DNA from: Trichormus sp. ATA11-4-KO1 | Lineage (GTDB): Bacteria; Cyanobacteriota; Cyanobacteriia; Cyanobacteriales; Nostocaceae | Assembly (NCBI GenBank): GCA_019358915.1 | Contig: JAHHIM010000001.1 | Span: 224,001 to 288,000, forward strand | Length of the DNA stretch: 64,000 nucleotides | Reading direction: 5' to 3' | In this document: positions 30,447-41,500 of the stretch, piece after piece | Layout: each line of letters starts with the position of its first letter | How positions within the stretch are numbered: position 1 is the first letter of the stretch | Notes under the pieces: generated by a model | Told to the model about the DNA's origin: nothing | The model's database searches: none | Seen by the model: the letters and a program-made list of their open reading frames with translations, nothing else | Made by a program: the position numbers and the translations under genes

Positions 30447-30971
30447 CTAAAAATCAAAACAACTATCGTTAAGAGATTTTTTCTTCCCTGACACCGCTTG
30501 CAATGCGGTTTTTTCTACGGACTCGACTAAGGAACGTGCTACACGGTCTGCATAAGGCCGAGATAATGACCAAATGAGGGGCGATAACCAACCCCGTAGG
30601 ATGACTGAATACGAAACACAAGTGCCACAGACTGTTGATTCTACTCGGTAAGTAACTCGTTCTTCGACACCAGGAATCGCTAATACACGGATACTTAGCA
30701 TTTCTTTAGGATTAACACGCTCCACAAAAATCCGGATGGGAATCGGCGAAAAGCGTGTCACCGCTTGGTAAATTAATCCAGGTTTGGGTACTAATCCATA
30801 GGGAACGTTGGTACTTTTAAGCAGTGGATGCCAGGAAACGTCTGTTAAGTCAACCACCTTCAGCCACAGTTCATCTACAGAAGCAGAACTAATTTCTTGA
30901 TACGTCCGTACCAGAGAAGCGCAAAATCGACGACGTTTGCGGTGGATGAATTTGGATAAACAGCCTCGCAT
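30447..30971 (-). CDS. SRPBCC/polyketide cyclase-like protein
   Basis: ISSASVDELW...DLTDVSWHPLL; start at the ATG after a GAGGAGG RBS. Confidence 0.75.
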   Translation of the reverse strand: MRGCLSKFIHRKRRRFCASLVRTYQEISSASVDELWLKVVDLTDVSWHPLLKSTNVPYGLVPKPGLIYQAVTRFSPIPIRIFVERVNPKEMLSIRVLAIPGVEERVTYRVESTVCGTCVSYSVILRGWLSPLIWSLSRPYADRVARSLVESVEKTALQAVSGKKKSLNDSCFDF

Positions 30972-31336
30972 TTGCCTAATCCTCCTCTCGCTACGCACTT
31001 GCTTGCTAGTAACTGTAACCGTGGCTTGCCCTGGCTCACAGTATCTCATTAGTCACGACATCAAGGTCTCAAGGTAGAGAATGTTTGTAGACTAATTCAC
31101 CAGAGTCTGGCAATGTTTCTATCAAGAAGTGCAAAAAAAACTCGGTCAATATACAAGCCTATACGCATTTGAGGGAAAATAACTCTAGTCATGCACATCA
31201 ATTGTGTAAATCCTTGATCAGAAAGAGAAAAGCAGATTGGGCAAATTCAGCCAGGTGATCGGCTCGTATTGCCTACAAATTTGTCAATTGAAAAATTTGT
31301 GGCTTTTTGGAAATTGTATTTTAGGTTCGGGAATCT

Positions 31337-32383
31337 ATGTTGACCAACTCTCAAACGCCAACTGTAGAAGCAGCATCATCTAAGTTCTTACCACCAAATG
31401 ACGCGAAGACAAGGGTGCGTCAGTTTATGCAACGGTTGCAAGACGAAATTTCTCAACGGTTAGCGGAACTGGATGGTGTCGGTAAATTTAATGAAGATGG
31501 TTGGGAACGCCCAGAAGGAGGTGGTGGGCGATCGCGCATATTACGCGATGGAGCAATCTTTGAACAAGCAGGTGTAGGTTTCTCTGAAGTTTGGGGTGAT
31601 CATCTGCCGCCCTCAATTTTAGCCCAGCGACCAGATGCAGAAGGACACAGCTTTTATGTCACTGGCACTTCCATGGTGTTACATCCCCGTAATCCCTATG
31701 TACCTACAGTCCATTTAAATTATCGCTATTTTGAAGCTGGCCCAGTCTGGTGGTTTGGTGGTGGTGTTGACCTGACACCCTATTACCCTTTTGCCGAAGA
31801 TGCCAAACATTTACATCAAACCCTGAAGCAAGCTTGCGATCAACATCACCCAGAGTATTATCCAGTGTTTAAGCGCTGGTGTGATGAATATTTCTACCTC
31901 AAGCATCGGAATGAGACACGGGGTGTGGGTGGTCTATTTTTTGATTATCAACACAGTCAAAGTGCTTTGTATGGTGGTCCCGATCCTCATGGGGCGGCGG
32001 CTGCTTACAGTAATCAGGTAGAAAAACTAGCACCACGCACTTGGGAAGAATTGTTTGCTTTTGTTCAAGACTGTGGTAGAGCCTTTTTACCCGCTTATGT
32101 GCCAATTGTCGAACGGCGACAGGGGATGGAATATGGCGATCGCGAACGTAATTTCCAACTTTACCGTCGCGGTAGGTACGTAGAATTTAACTTGGTTTAT
32201 GACCGAGGCACAATTTTTGGACTGCAAACCAACGGACGTACAGAATCTATTCTCATGTCTTTACCACCCTTAGTGCGCTGGGAATATGGGTATAAACCAG
32301 AACCTGGTTCTCCGGAAGCCAAGTTGTATGAAACTTTCCTGAAACCTCAAGATTGGATCAACTTCAAAAGTACTGAGTGCTAA
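31337..32383 (+). CDS. hemF: Oxygen-dependent coproporphyrinogen III oxidase
   Basis: [28 protein letters not shown] and [15 protein letters not shown]. Confidence 0.96.
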   Translation: MLTNSQTPTVEAASSKFLPPNDAKTRVRQFMQRLQDEISQRLAELDGVGKFNEDGWERPEGGGGRSRILRDGAIFEQAGVGFSEVWGDHLPPSILAQRPDAEGHSFYVTGTSMVLHPRNPYVPTVHLNYRYFEAGPVWWFGGGVDLTPYYPFAEDAKHLHQTLKQACDQHHPEYYPVFKRWCDEYFYLKHRNETRGVGGLFFDYQHSQSALYGGPDPHGAAAAYSNQVEKLAPRTWEELFAFVQDCGRAFLPAYVPIVERRQGMEYGDRERNFQLYRRGRYVEFNLVYDRGTIFGLQTNGRTESILMSLPPLVRWEYGYKPEPGSPEAKLYETFLKPQDWINFKSTEC

Positions 32384-32768
32384 GTCACCGCAATTTGCCT
32401 GGAGGTCAACTAATGCCACCCGTTACCTCTTACAGACGAGCTACGCTAACACATCGGGTAACCCGCACGAGTCACTTACTATCTGAAGAAACCCTGATGT
32501 ACTGGTTCCTCCTGGCAACTTCTCGCTATGTACAGTCTAGTAAGAGAATTTGAGGTCATTAGTGCCTGCGGTGTTGTTTTTACTTAGCAACGCCAGATGA
32601 CACGCCAGTTCGTACTCTGCGGGCAGCCCCGTCCACGCGGCTGGCTCCTCCACTTGGGATTTCACCAAAACTAATGTTCGGGCACGTCTAAGGGCGATAA
32701 GCGCAGTTATGCCCTTGACGGAAACCGCCAAGACGGAGGCTGCTTCACCACACTGGCTCCTCAGCACT
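32384..32768. repeat. GC-rich cluster of degenerate nested dispersed repeats
   Basis: CACCGCA...TGCGGTG inverted ends (32386-32573); repeated ACGCCAG...CTGGCTCCTC modules; GTGCT/AGCAC heptamer flanks. Confidence 0.6.
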
Positions 32769-33029
32769 AAAAAAAGCTACTCAGCAACGTTTTGGTGAGT
32801 TAAACTACTAAAAGTAAGCACTTAGCAAAAAAAAGTGATAATTTTAGCTGTTACTTGTTAATCTCAAGTATCAGTACTTAATAATTTTGTGAGTGGTGAG
32901 TCAACAAATTTAACCTCTCTCTGGAAACCCTTCTAGTGATGAGAAAGTTAAAATTACTCAAAAATCACATTTTTTGACTCACCAATCCCAGACTAAATTT
33001 TAGTTAGAATTGTGCCACGGGGAGGCTTA

Positions 33030-33398
33030 GTGATTCAGATAGAACAAACAACCTATACAACCCAAGACGGCAATACCGTTATTGTCTTAACACCAGCAGG
33101 TCGCCTGGATATCACCACAGCTTGGCAATTTCGCCTGAAGTTACAGGAATGTATTTCCAAACTCAGCCGCCATGTAGTTGTGAATCTCGGTCAGGTAAAT
33201 TTTATTGATAGTTCTGGACTCACGTCTTTGGTTGCTGGAATGCGTGATGCTGATAAAGTCAAGGGCAGTTTCCGCATCTGCAATGTACATCCAGAAGCCA
33301 AACTCGTGTTTGAAGTCACGATGATGGATACAGTATTTGAAATCTTTGAAACTGAGGAAGAAGCTTTAGAAGGTGTACCTCGTAGTATTGCTAGCTAG
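33030..33398 (+). CDS. STAS-domain anti-sigma-factor antagonist
   Basis: GRLDITTA and VNFIDSSGL (phospho-Ser); GTG start after GGAGG. Confidence 0.9.
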   Translation: MIQIEQTTYTTQDGNTVIVLTPAGRLDITTAWQFRLKLQECISKLSRHVVVNLGQVNFIDSSGLTSLVAGMRDADKVKGSFRICNVHPEAKLVFEVTMMDTVFEIFETEEEALEGVPRSIAS

Positions 33399-33420
33399 AA
33401 CAGTGCTAAGTGCTGAGTGT

Positions 33421-34017
33421 TCAATACTGTTCTCGCTTAGTGTAGCGATAAGGCCCTAAAATTGCGCCCCAGGTTGCTTTTCCGGTATCCGAGTCAATTC
33501 CTTTGTCGTAGCTGTTAAAATCTGTCGCCGTAGCTGCAAATCCTAGGGAAACTTGTATGCTCTGGCTCAGATAAATAAACCTGCAACAAGTATCAGGAGG
33601 TTGAGTAGCCACAAACTTATAGCTATTGTGGGCTAGTGTTTGTTGGGTAATTGTCAGGATGCAGCCTGGTAGTAAATCTAATTGATCCAGCGTCAATGTG
33701 TTAAGTAAAGCAGGATTACGACCTGCACCACTTAATGAACTTGGATCTTTGAGCATATAATATTGTAACTGCAAGGGTGCATCAGCGTCGTGCCCTGGCA
33801 TTAGCCGCATAATTCGCTGGCGATAAGGGCGGTCTAAGTTGACAAGATTAGCTTGCTCGGCAAACAAGGTGATACTGTCTTCTGTAAACAAATTGATTGG
33901 TCTTTGCCAAAGACGCAGATGAACATACCAAGCAGGATCTGCCAAAGCTTGTTCCCGATTATCGAATTCACCAGCCAGGTACTTACCTAAGGCAATTAAG
34001 TGCGGCGAAAAATTCAT
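33421..34017 (-). CDS. CpcT/CpeT-family phycobilin lyase
   Basis: LAGEFDNREQA...PYRQR...LLPGC...YDKG...WG; start chosen at MNFSPH. Confidence 0.88.
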   Translation of the reverse strand: MNFSPHLIALGKYLAGEFDNREQALADPAWYVHLRLWQRPINLFTEDSITLFAEQANLVNLDRPYRQRIMRLMPGHDADAPLQLQYYMLKDPSSLSGAGRNPALLNTLTLDQLDLLPGCILTITQQTLAHNSYKFVATQPPDTCCRFIYLSQSIQVSLGFAATATDFNSYDKGIDSDTGKATWGAILGPYRYTKREQY

Positions 34018-34258
34018 AAATTGTGATGCACATTCACATTTAATCCTAATTTTTGCCTGGATTTTTAGTAAAGAGGGGTCATACCCCCCAGTCAGTGGGG
34101 AGTGGGAGATGGGGGGATGAGAGGAATGAAGGGGATGAGATTGTGACTTCCCAATGACTAATGACCAATAACCAATTCGGAAACCTGAACTTGGCAAATT
34201 AGCCTTTAAGCGAGAAAATATAAAGAACGTCGCCCTTAACATTCTTAACATTTTCTTT

Positions 34259-34966
34259 GTGAATAACGTCCGTACTGTTTCTGATACAAAGCGAACTTTT
34301 TACTCCCTTCACACCCGGCCAATCAATACGATTTATCGTCGAGTGGTAGAAGAGTTGATGGTAGAAATGCATCTACTGTCAGTAAATATTGATTTTACCT
34401 ACAATCCAATTTATGCCTTGGGCGTCGTCACAACCTTTGACCGCTTTATGCAAGGCTACCAACCAGAACGAGATCGGGAATCGATTTTTAATGCTCTATG
34501 TCAGGCTGTAGAGCAAGAACCGCAACGCTACCGACAGGATGCTGAACGGCTGCAAGCTTTAGCTAAAGACTTACCAGTGAATGATTTAATTGCATGGTTA
34601 AGTCAAACCACTCATTTAGATCGAGATCCTGATTTACAAGCACAATTGCAAGCGATCGCCAATAATACTAACTTTAAGTACAGCCGTTTGTTTGCAGTTG
34701 GTTTATTCTCGTTGTTGGAACAGTCAGATCCAGAATTAGTTAAGGATGAAAAGCAGCGTCTTGAAGCATTAAAAACCATTGCTGCTGGCTTACATCTATC
34801 TGATGAAAAACTCAGCAAGGATTTGGAACTATACAGTTCTAATTTAGAGAAAATGGCTCAAGCGCTGCTCGTGATGGCAGATATGCTTTCAGCTGATCGC
34901 AAAAAACGCGAACAGCGCCAACAACAAGCCAATACTCCAGTTGCTCCCCCAACTACTAATGAATAG
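34259..34966 (+). CDS. psb29: Photosystem II biogenesis protein Psb29/THF1
   Basis: RTVSDTKRTFY...RPINTIYRRVVEELMVEMHLL and FKYSRLFAVG. Confidence 0.93.
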   Translation: MNNVRTVSDTKRTFYSLHTRPINTIYRRVVEELMVEMHLLSVNIDFTYNPIYALGVVTTFDRFMQGYQPERDRESIFNALCQAVEQEPQRYRQDAERLQALAKDLPVNDLIAWLSQTTHLDRDPDLQAQLQAIANNTNFKYSRLFAVGLFSLLEQSDPELVKDEKQRLEALKTIAAGLHLSDEKLSKDLELYSSNLEKMAQALLVMADMLSADRKKREQRQQQANTPVAPPTTNE

Positions 34967-35084
34967 TTAAACAAGTAGCCAGAATGATTCGTAATTGATA
35001 ATTCGTAATTCGTAATTCGTAATTCGTAATTGTTACCCCTCAATAATATTGAGGGGAATAAATTTCATTTTTTCCATCAATTAA

Positions 35085-35223
35085 CGTAAGTTCGACAAGT
35101 GGAAAAAACCTCTCCCCTGCAAGGGGAGAGGCTGTGAAACATTGATTTTTAGTTGAAAACCAGGGAGATTTTTGCCCCTCTCCGATGCGGAGAGGGGTAG
35201 GGGTGAGGTTCATGGAATGCACG
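35085..35223. mobile_element. MITE-like element with 8-bp target duplication and internal REP-like palindromes
   Basis: Flanked by TCAATTAA (35077-35084 and 35224-35231); internal CCTCTCCCCTGCAAGGGGAGAGG and CCCCTCTCCGATGCGGAGAGGGG. Confidence 0.6.
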
Positions 35224-35288
35224 TCAATTAAGTTGAGGAATTATATCCTTAAATAATTACGAATTACGAACTACGAGTTAGTAATTAT

Positions 35289-35651
35289 TTACACTCCTAA
35301 CAACTTGTAAACCAGGCTGTTGATGATGGTAAGTGCAAAAGCCCCTAGTACAGCACTCCAAATCCCAAAACGTAAGCGAAATCCCTCTACTAACCAAGCT
35401 GCGATACTAAAACAGACAACGGCAATCATAAATGTGAAAATGCCGGATAGCAAGTTAAAGGTGAGTAAGTCTGGGACTGCAAATATTAGGCGTAAAATCG
35501 GTCTCACTACTGCTGTGACAATACCGAGAACTGCTGCTGAAAAAAAGGCTTTTTGTGGAGAGTCAACTTCCACACCCAAAGGCAGCTTACTAATAATCAA
35601 CAAGCTGATAGATGTTACTACCCAAACAATTAAAAGCGTCACAATATTCAT
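35289..35651 (-). CDS. Phage-holin-like 4-TM membrane protein (YvlD/DUF360)
   Basis: GVEVDS...AVLGIV...RPIL...LVEGFRL...AVLGA. Confidence 0.82.
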   Translation of the reverse strand: MNIVTLLIVWVVTSISLLIISKLPLGVEVDSPQKAFFSAAVLGIVTAVVRPILRLIFAVPDLLTFNLLSGIFTFMIAVVCFSIAAWLVEGFRLRFGIWSAVLGAFALTIINSLVYKLLGV

Positions 35652-35865
35652 GCCACAAGCCTTGAAACGCGAATGGTGATTGGCGGTAAATCACTAGGTC
35701 TATCGATAGAGAAATTTTTGAAGCTTAACCAATTATTTGTAAATTAGCAGATATTTGTCTCTAATCGAAATTTATTTTAGATATCTTTAGGTTTAGTCAA
35801 ACAAGAGGAAAGGATTGGGGAGCAAGGGAGAAAATTCTTTGCCCTGCTCCCTGCTTCTCTGCTGT

Positions 35866-36525
35866 TTAAGGGACAGAATTGTTTGTTTCAGGTGCAGCAG
35901 GCGCTTGAGGCGCTAGTTCGTTGGGCATAACTGGAGGAATTCCCGGACTAATGCCTTGTCCAGAGGGGATTTGATTGGGGTTTACGGGGAAGTTGGGATT
36001 AAAATTGTCTGGTGGATTAATTCCCGGAACTGGTGTAGGCGCTTGTCCAGGATTAGTAGGGAAATTAGGAGATGTCGGTAAATTAGGTGAGAAGTTAGGT
36101 ATTGGAGATGGTCCGGGGATAATTCCCAAAGACACGCGATCGCCACCGACTTGCCGCATCAAATCCAATATCTCAATGACATCATTGTAGGTTGCTGTGC
36201 GTGAGGCATTTAGCACCAAAATGCCATTGGGATTTGCTTGGAGATACTGCGTTAATCTTTGTGCTAACTCGTCTCGTCTTACAGGCTGTTTTTCGATGTA
36301 AATATTACCGACAGCATCAATAGTGACAATTTGACTGCCACTTTGGGACGTGACACCAGGAACTGTACTTGTGCTAGCTTTGGGCAAATCAACATTAATT
36401 GCCTGTTGTCGAGTAAATTGCAAAGCTGCTAACAAAAAAAACGTCAAGATACAAAAAACGACATCAATTAAGGGAATAATTTGAATTTGTGCTTCTTCTA
36501 CTGGAGTATGCAGATTAACTTTCAT
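35866..36525 (-). CDS. exbD: ExbD/TolR biopolymer transport protein with Pro-rich tail
   Basis: IIPLIDVVFCILTFFL and INVDLPKAS. Confidence 0.9.
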   Translation of the reverse strand: MKVNLHTPVEEAQIQIIPLIDVVFCILTFFLLAALQFTRQQAINVDLPKASTSTVPGVTSQSGSQIVTIDAVGNIYIEKQPVRRDELAQRLTQYLQANPNGILVLNASRTATYNDVIEILDLMRQVGGDRVSLGIIPGPSPIPNFSPNLPTSPNFPTNPGQAPTPVPGINPPDNFNPNFPVNPNQIPSGQGISPGIPPVMPNELAPQAPAAPETNNSVP

Positions 36526-36564
36526 GTCTCACTTTTACCCATGATGCGGGTGTTGAATTCTTGA

Positions 36565-37323
36565 CTATTGCTCAGAATCTAATGGATCACTTGTCGTTGG
36601 GGGTTCAGGAGGTTTAGGAAACGGGTTTTTGCCTCGCTTGCGGGGCGGATTCAAACTTTCCCGTGAAGATTCCCCCACAATTATTGAGGTACTTTTGTCC
36701 AAGTCAGGGGGGGACTGGCGATATAATAATTCCATTTCATTTCCCGCCTTGCGAAAAACTTTCACTTGGTCAACGACAAAACTCTGAAATAGGCGGTAGA
36801 ACACTAAACTAACAATGGCAACGATGAGTCCAGCCGCAGTACTTATTAAGGATTCGCCAATACCAGTAGTCACACCAGCTGTAGATTCAGTTCCCAAATC
36901 ACCAATGCGAATTGAGCGTAAAGACTGGATTAAACCTAGAACCGTACCCAGTAATCCCAAAAGTGGCGAGAGAGCAATCACCGCTTCTAAAAGTTTTTCA
37001 CCGCGTCGCATTCCCGCTAATTCATCTTCGGCGGTGGACTCCAATGCTAGTCGAAAGGTTTCCGCATCACGTTTTGGGTAGCTTAAGGGAGCGTAGAGAA
37101 AACGTCCTATGGGTTGATGAGTGGCATTTCTGGCAATGTCCGCAGCTACTTCCCAATTATCATGGGCCGCATCTAAAACCCGATCAACTATTTCCTTTTC
37201 TTGCGTCAAAATTCTTAGCCAGAACCACAAACGCTCGAATATTACACTTAAAGACAAAATTGACAGTACAAGTAAGGGCCACATTGCTGGCCCACCCTTT
37301 TCAAACAAATCTAAAATATCCAC
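36565..37323 (-). CDS. exbB: MotA/TolQ/ExbB proton channel
   Basis: [20 protein letters not shown] and [13 protein letters not shown]. Confidence 0.92.
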   Translation of the reverse strand: MDILDLFEKGGPAMWPLLVLSILSLSVIFERLWFWLRILTQEKEIVDRVLDAAHDNWEVAADIARNATHQPIGRFLYAPLSYPKRDAETFRLALESTAEDELAGMRRGEKLLEAVIALSPLLGLLGTVLGLIQSLRSIRIGDLGTESTAGVTTGIGESLISTAAGLIVAIVSLVFYRLFQSFVVDQVKVFRKAGNEMELLYRQSPPDLDKSTSIIVGESSRESLNPPRKRGKNPFPKPPEPPTTSDPLDSEQ

Positions 37324-37527
37324 TGGTTAGGTTTCCTCCCTCCATTGATAAAGCAAGTATCCCCAAGCATTTTAAGGCCAAAGATTAATGCACAATTATC
37401 ATATTCTTGAGCAGCATCGCAGGGTCAGTATTTGGAGTAGCGTCTTCCATACTAACTGGGGCGGTTATTCCCACCGCAAGTTGGCAGCATAATTTGTCAA
37501 AATTAAAAATAACTGGAGGGTCAAAAC

Positions 37528-37824
37528 ATGAACTTTTCAATTCAATCACTGTACACCTGGTATCGGAGTTTGCTGCGAAATTCCAAGTACCGCTTGTGGG
37601 TAATTTTAGGAACACTAGTTTATCTTCTTAGCCCTATTGACATTATTCCAGATGTGTTTCCCGTTGTTGGGCAAATTGACGATGTGGTAATTTTGTCTTT
37701 GCTAGTTTCTGAGTTATCTGGACTAGCGATCGCGGGTTGGAAAGCACGTAAAGGCACTAATAACAGCGAGGATGCTAGCCCTAGCGCCAAAACTGTTGAT
37801 GTTGATGCGGTATCTGTAAAGTAG
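37528..37824 (+). CDS. DUF1232 (YkvA-like) protein
   Basis: YLLSPIDIIPDVFPVVGQIDD. Confidence 0.88.
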   Translation: MNFSIQSLYTWYRSLLRNSKYRLWVILGTLVYLLSPIDIIPDVFPVVGQIDDVVILSLLVSELSGLAIAGWKARKGTNNSEDASPSAKTVDVDAVSVK

Positions 37825-37881
37825 GATTTTCAACGCAGAGGCTGGCAAAATGAAAGTTAGAAGTTGTTAGCTATGCGTTTT

Positions 37882-38487
37882 TCAATTATGCATAATGTCG
37901 TCAAGTTTAAGTTGTAAATTTGGCAAGAGAGCAGAGAAAATCCGATCTCCTAAACGATATTGTTGCTGTTGATACACACCATTAACTAACTTACAGATGG
38001 TGAAGGTGGGTTGTTTGGGATTACCGATAAATTGCAAACCACCCAAGCCACGAAAATCCACAATCCAATATTCTGGAATATTCAGAAAAGCATATTCTTC
38101 CACTTTTCTTGCATAATCGTCTTGCCAATTTGTGCTAACAACTTCAGCAACAAGTTGAATTGTACTACCGTTACAAACAATAGGTTCTTTTTGCCAGAGA
38201 GGTTCTTTACTAAGTTCTGCTTTATCTAAAACAATTACGTCAGGACGCAGCGCTGTAGCTTCAGCAGCAGGTGGTTTTATTAAGCAAGTTTTGGGAACTA
38301 ACCAGTTAAAATTAGAACTAAAAATTTCTACATAGATTCTACCCGCAATACTCCCGGCAACAGCTTCGTGAGGACCCGTAGGCTCCATGTCTCTTAGCTC
38401 TCCGTCGATTAGTTCATAGCGTGTATTGTCACTATATTGGGCTATAAATTCGTCAAAAGTAAGTAGTTTAGGTGGGGTGTAGGTCAT
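37882..38487 (-). CDS. Uma2-family endonuclease
   Basis: LTFDEF...RYELIDG...PDVIV...VAEVVS...K..EYA...IPEYWIVD. Confidence 0.9.
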   Translation of the reverse strand: MTYTPPKLLTFDEFIAQYSDNTRYELIDGELRDMEPTGPHEAVAGSIAGRIYVEIFSSNFNWLVPKTCLIKPPAAEATALRPDVIVLDKAELSKEPLWQKEPIVCNGSTIQLVAEVVSTNWQDDYARKVEEYAFLNIPEYWIVDFRGLGGLQFIGNPKQPTFTICKLVNGVYQQQQYRLGDRIFSALLPNLQLKLDDIMHN

Positions 38488-38569
38488 AGGTTTTGTTTTA
38501 GCTGAACGTAGGCTTATTGTCGCGGAGGCATTTCATTTATCCGTCTAGCCGTTCTGCGCTTGTTGATGT

Positions 38570-41500
38570 TTAAAAATCCTTCACAAATTCTGTCAAGAAC
38601 CTAAACGCCTTAAGAATATAACTCACGCAATCTTGAGGAGAGGTATTGTAAAATGATCGCCAAGCATTAGCCTTATCCTCATCATAGCGATCGCCTCGTT
38701 CGGGATGTTGTTCTAACCATGCCAAGCGGACTGCATGGCCAATTAACACATCCAAAACTATATATTCTTCAATTTGTAAGCTGGGGTTATTCGCTGCAAT
38801 GGTGGCTAATTCCATTAATGCTTCAATATTTACTTTGCGGTACTCTGGTGCTTGAATTTTATTGAGTAGATGCTCTACTCGCAAGGCAAAATTCTTTTCG
38901 CCTGGGGTCATCTCTGATAAAATCAATTCGCTATCTAAGCGATTGCGGCGCTCTAGTTTATCGCCAATGACTATACCCTTGCAATGTTTCATTAATAGCC
39001 AAACTTGCTGGAAAAAGTCCTTGGGTACTCGGTTTAACGCTCCTTCTGCTTGGCGAAATCTTCGCCAGCCACCTTGGGGAACTATGGTTTGTTCTACTTC
39101 ATTGGTTGGTAGCACTACCCAAGCAATGTCGCTTTCTTTTTGTTTGACGTGTAATGATTCCTGCTGGCGTAACAAATTACTCACGCCTGTGTAACCTGTT
39201 AATACCTGATGCAAGCGCATTTTCACTTCAAAAGGTGAAAGTTCCATTAGGTGTTCATATGCTTCATCTTGAGTAACATGCAACTCTTGTGCTAGTTCAC
39301 TGGTAATTAATAAGATGAGATAGCCGACTCTCAGTGTTAGTAGTCCTTGAAACAGTTCAGGTTCCGATCTGATTAAGACACCAAGATAAATGATAATTTC
39401 TTGTGTGAGGACGCGATCGCGGATATCTTCACGGCAAAAATGATTAATTTTCTCGGCTATTTCATTGTGAGACATGGGTACTGTAATCAGTGATGCTTGA
39501 CTGTAAGCTTTACCTACAGCAATTTGCTTACCCCGCACCAAAATACTCGTCACCGTATCCGACAAGCCAATATCAACCATCTGTCGCAATCCAGCCGCCC
39601 GACGGACTATCGCCCAAAGTCCTAAATCCCCAGCTTTGGTGTAAACTTCATCAACTAAATCACCTGCTGTAACGCGCTGCTGCGGTCCGCCAAAACCTGT
39701 ATCAAATCCTATTCCCTGCAAACGAATCAAAGTTTGCAACAACTCAATTTGTTCATAGAGATTTTCTGACGAACGCAAAGAAGACAACAATAAACCCAAG
39801 TTAGTTTCGTATTCCATCTGAAATTCTTGGGTATGTCCTAAGCGCCAGCTTTCTCCAGGATGATAAGCCAGATAATAGCAACGGGGCCCAGCATTTTTGA
39901 CTGGTGATTGGGAGAAGTCCGCATTTTGGAGAAAATCAATCCTTTGCATCCCGGCTGTCAGCATCAGCTGGTTTAGCCGTCCCAATTTCACTTGCACGCC
40001 GTTACACACACCATCTTTTAGTTCTTGCATTAGTTCTAGTAACGCTTCCGAACCGATTTCCCACATGGTGTGTGTCAACATTAAAGTTAGGGTAGGACGC
40101 CCTAAATCGCTCCAATACTTTTGAATGTAAGCGAGTTCACTTCTAATTTGATCTAGTAAAAAGTGGTAATCGAGGGTTAAATAAAATTGCTGGGAGTCTA
40201 AAAACGACGGTAAAAAGACAATTGTCTCGTTGTGAATGCGAAAGATTCTTGATGTGGTTAAACTTCGCAATCGCCGTATGGGACGACCAGTTAAACCCAG
40301 TTTATCATTACGCCCAACTTGAGTATAAATAGCTGAAAGTTCCCCAGCTTTTCTGACTTGAATTGGTTCTACTTGCTTGGGTGTTTGGGTTTCAATCCCG
40401 TGAACTTCTAGTTTTATTTGTAAGTCTTCATCCTCGGCTAGCAAGGCAATTTGTACCAAAGCTTCGCGTTTTTTACCTACACACAAATGTCTACCCAAGG
40501 GATCAATATCGCCAATTGCTAGTAATCCTTCACTTAACATTTGACCGAGAAAATACAAACTTTGCGCCCACACTAGGGGAATATTTTCATTAGGTAACCG
40601 CAGTTGACTTTGGGGGTTTAATCTTTCGGCTTCTACGTTTTCGGCTGGCACATAATATAGTTCTGGTAATAAACCTACACCATCTTGCTCCACAAGTAGC
40701 GATCGCAAACGTTCTTGATAATCTTTAACTTGTTGGCTGTCACCGCGAAACAACCCATCTAGAAATAAATAAGTAAAAAATAAAGGCCATTCGCATTCAA
40801 TATGCTCGAATTGCTTGAGTTCCCAAGGTTCGTAGTGTAAGCGTTGGCTATCTTCTAAAACGGTTTGGTGTCCATCGCGCAAGAAGCGTTTGCAGCCGTA
40901 TTTACCTTGGAGTTTATTGATAATATCGTTGAAGGTGCGATCGCGCAGTTGTGTATCTTCCACTGCAAAGGCAGGATAACTAATAATACTTAATAGTGCC
41001 GCATCAATTTCTTTAGAGCCAGATTCTCTCGGTAATAAAGATTCTAATGTAGTCCGAGCGCGAGCGATTTCATCTGGTAGGACATGAATCACTGATGCTT
41101 GACTACCACGCACACCAAACAAATCTAGTCCGTTAATTGCTTCTAAGGCGGCTTTGGCCATACCCACAGAACTAGCATTCAACTCCGCACTACCATGATT
41201 AATTTTATTACCCCGTTCCCAAATGCCAAAATCTGGTGTGCGGTAAGCTCTGCCAATGTAATAAACTAAATTTTGGACGAAATTTACTTCATCAATCGTA
41301 TAAATAATTTGCAATCCCGAAGCGGTCATTTGTGCCAGCATTAGTAAAAATATAGATGTGGCATCAAGTTGTAAATGTCCCCATTCGTCATCACCAACCA
41401 CGATATCAGCAGTAGCGGTGTTGTATTTGGCGTGTAACCCATTCAGTGGTGACTGAGTATGTTTAAATTGCTCCACTTTATGAGACTGGCGTAACATCGC

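Noticed and set aside
32384..32768. CRISPR-like array, or the 76-aa ORF at 32537-32767
   Set aside because: No regularly spaced identical repeats and no cas genes; the ORF is built from repeat sequence
34018..34251. 78-aa N-terminal extension of the CpcT lyase in the ORF track
   Set aside because: Low-complexity repeat-derived sequence upstream of the likely ATG at 34017
35289..35651. Holin as evidence of a prophage
   Set aside because: YvlD/DUF360-type membrane proteins are commonly chromosomal, and there are no phage genes nearby
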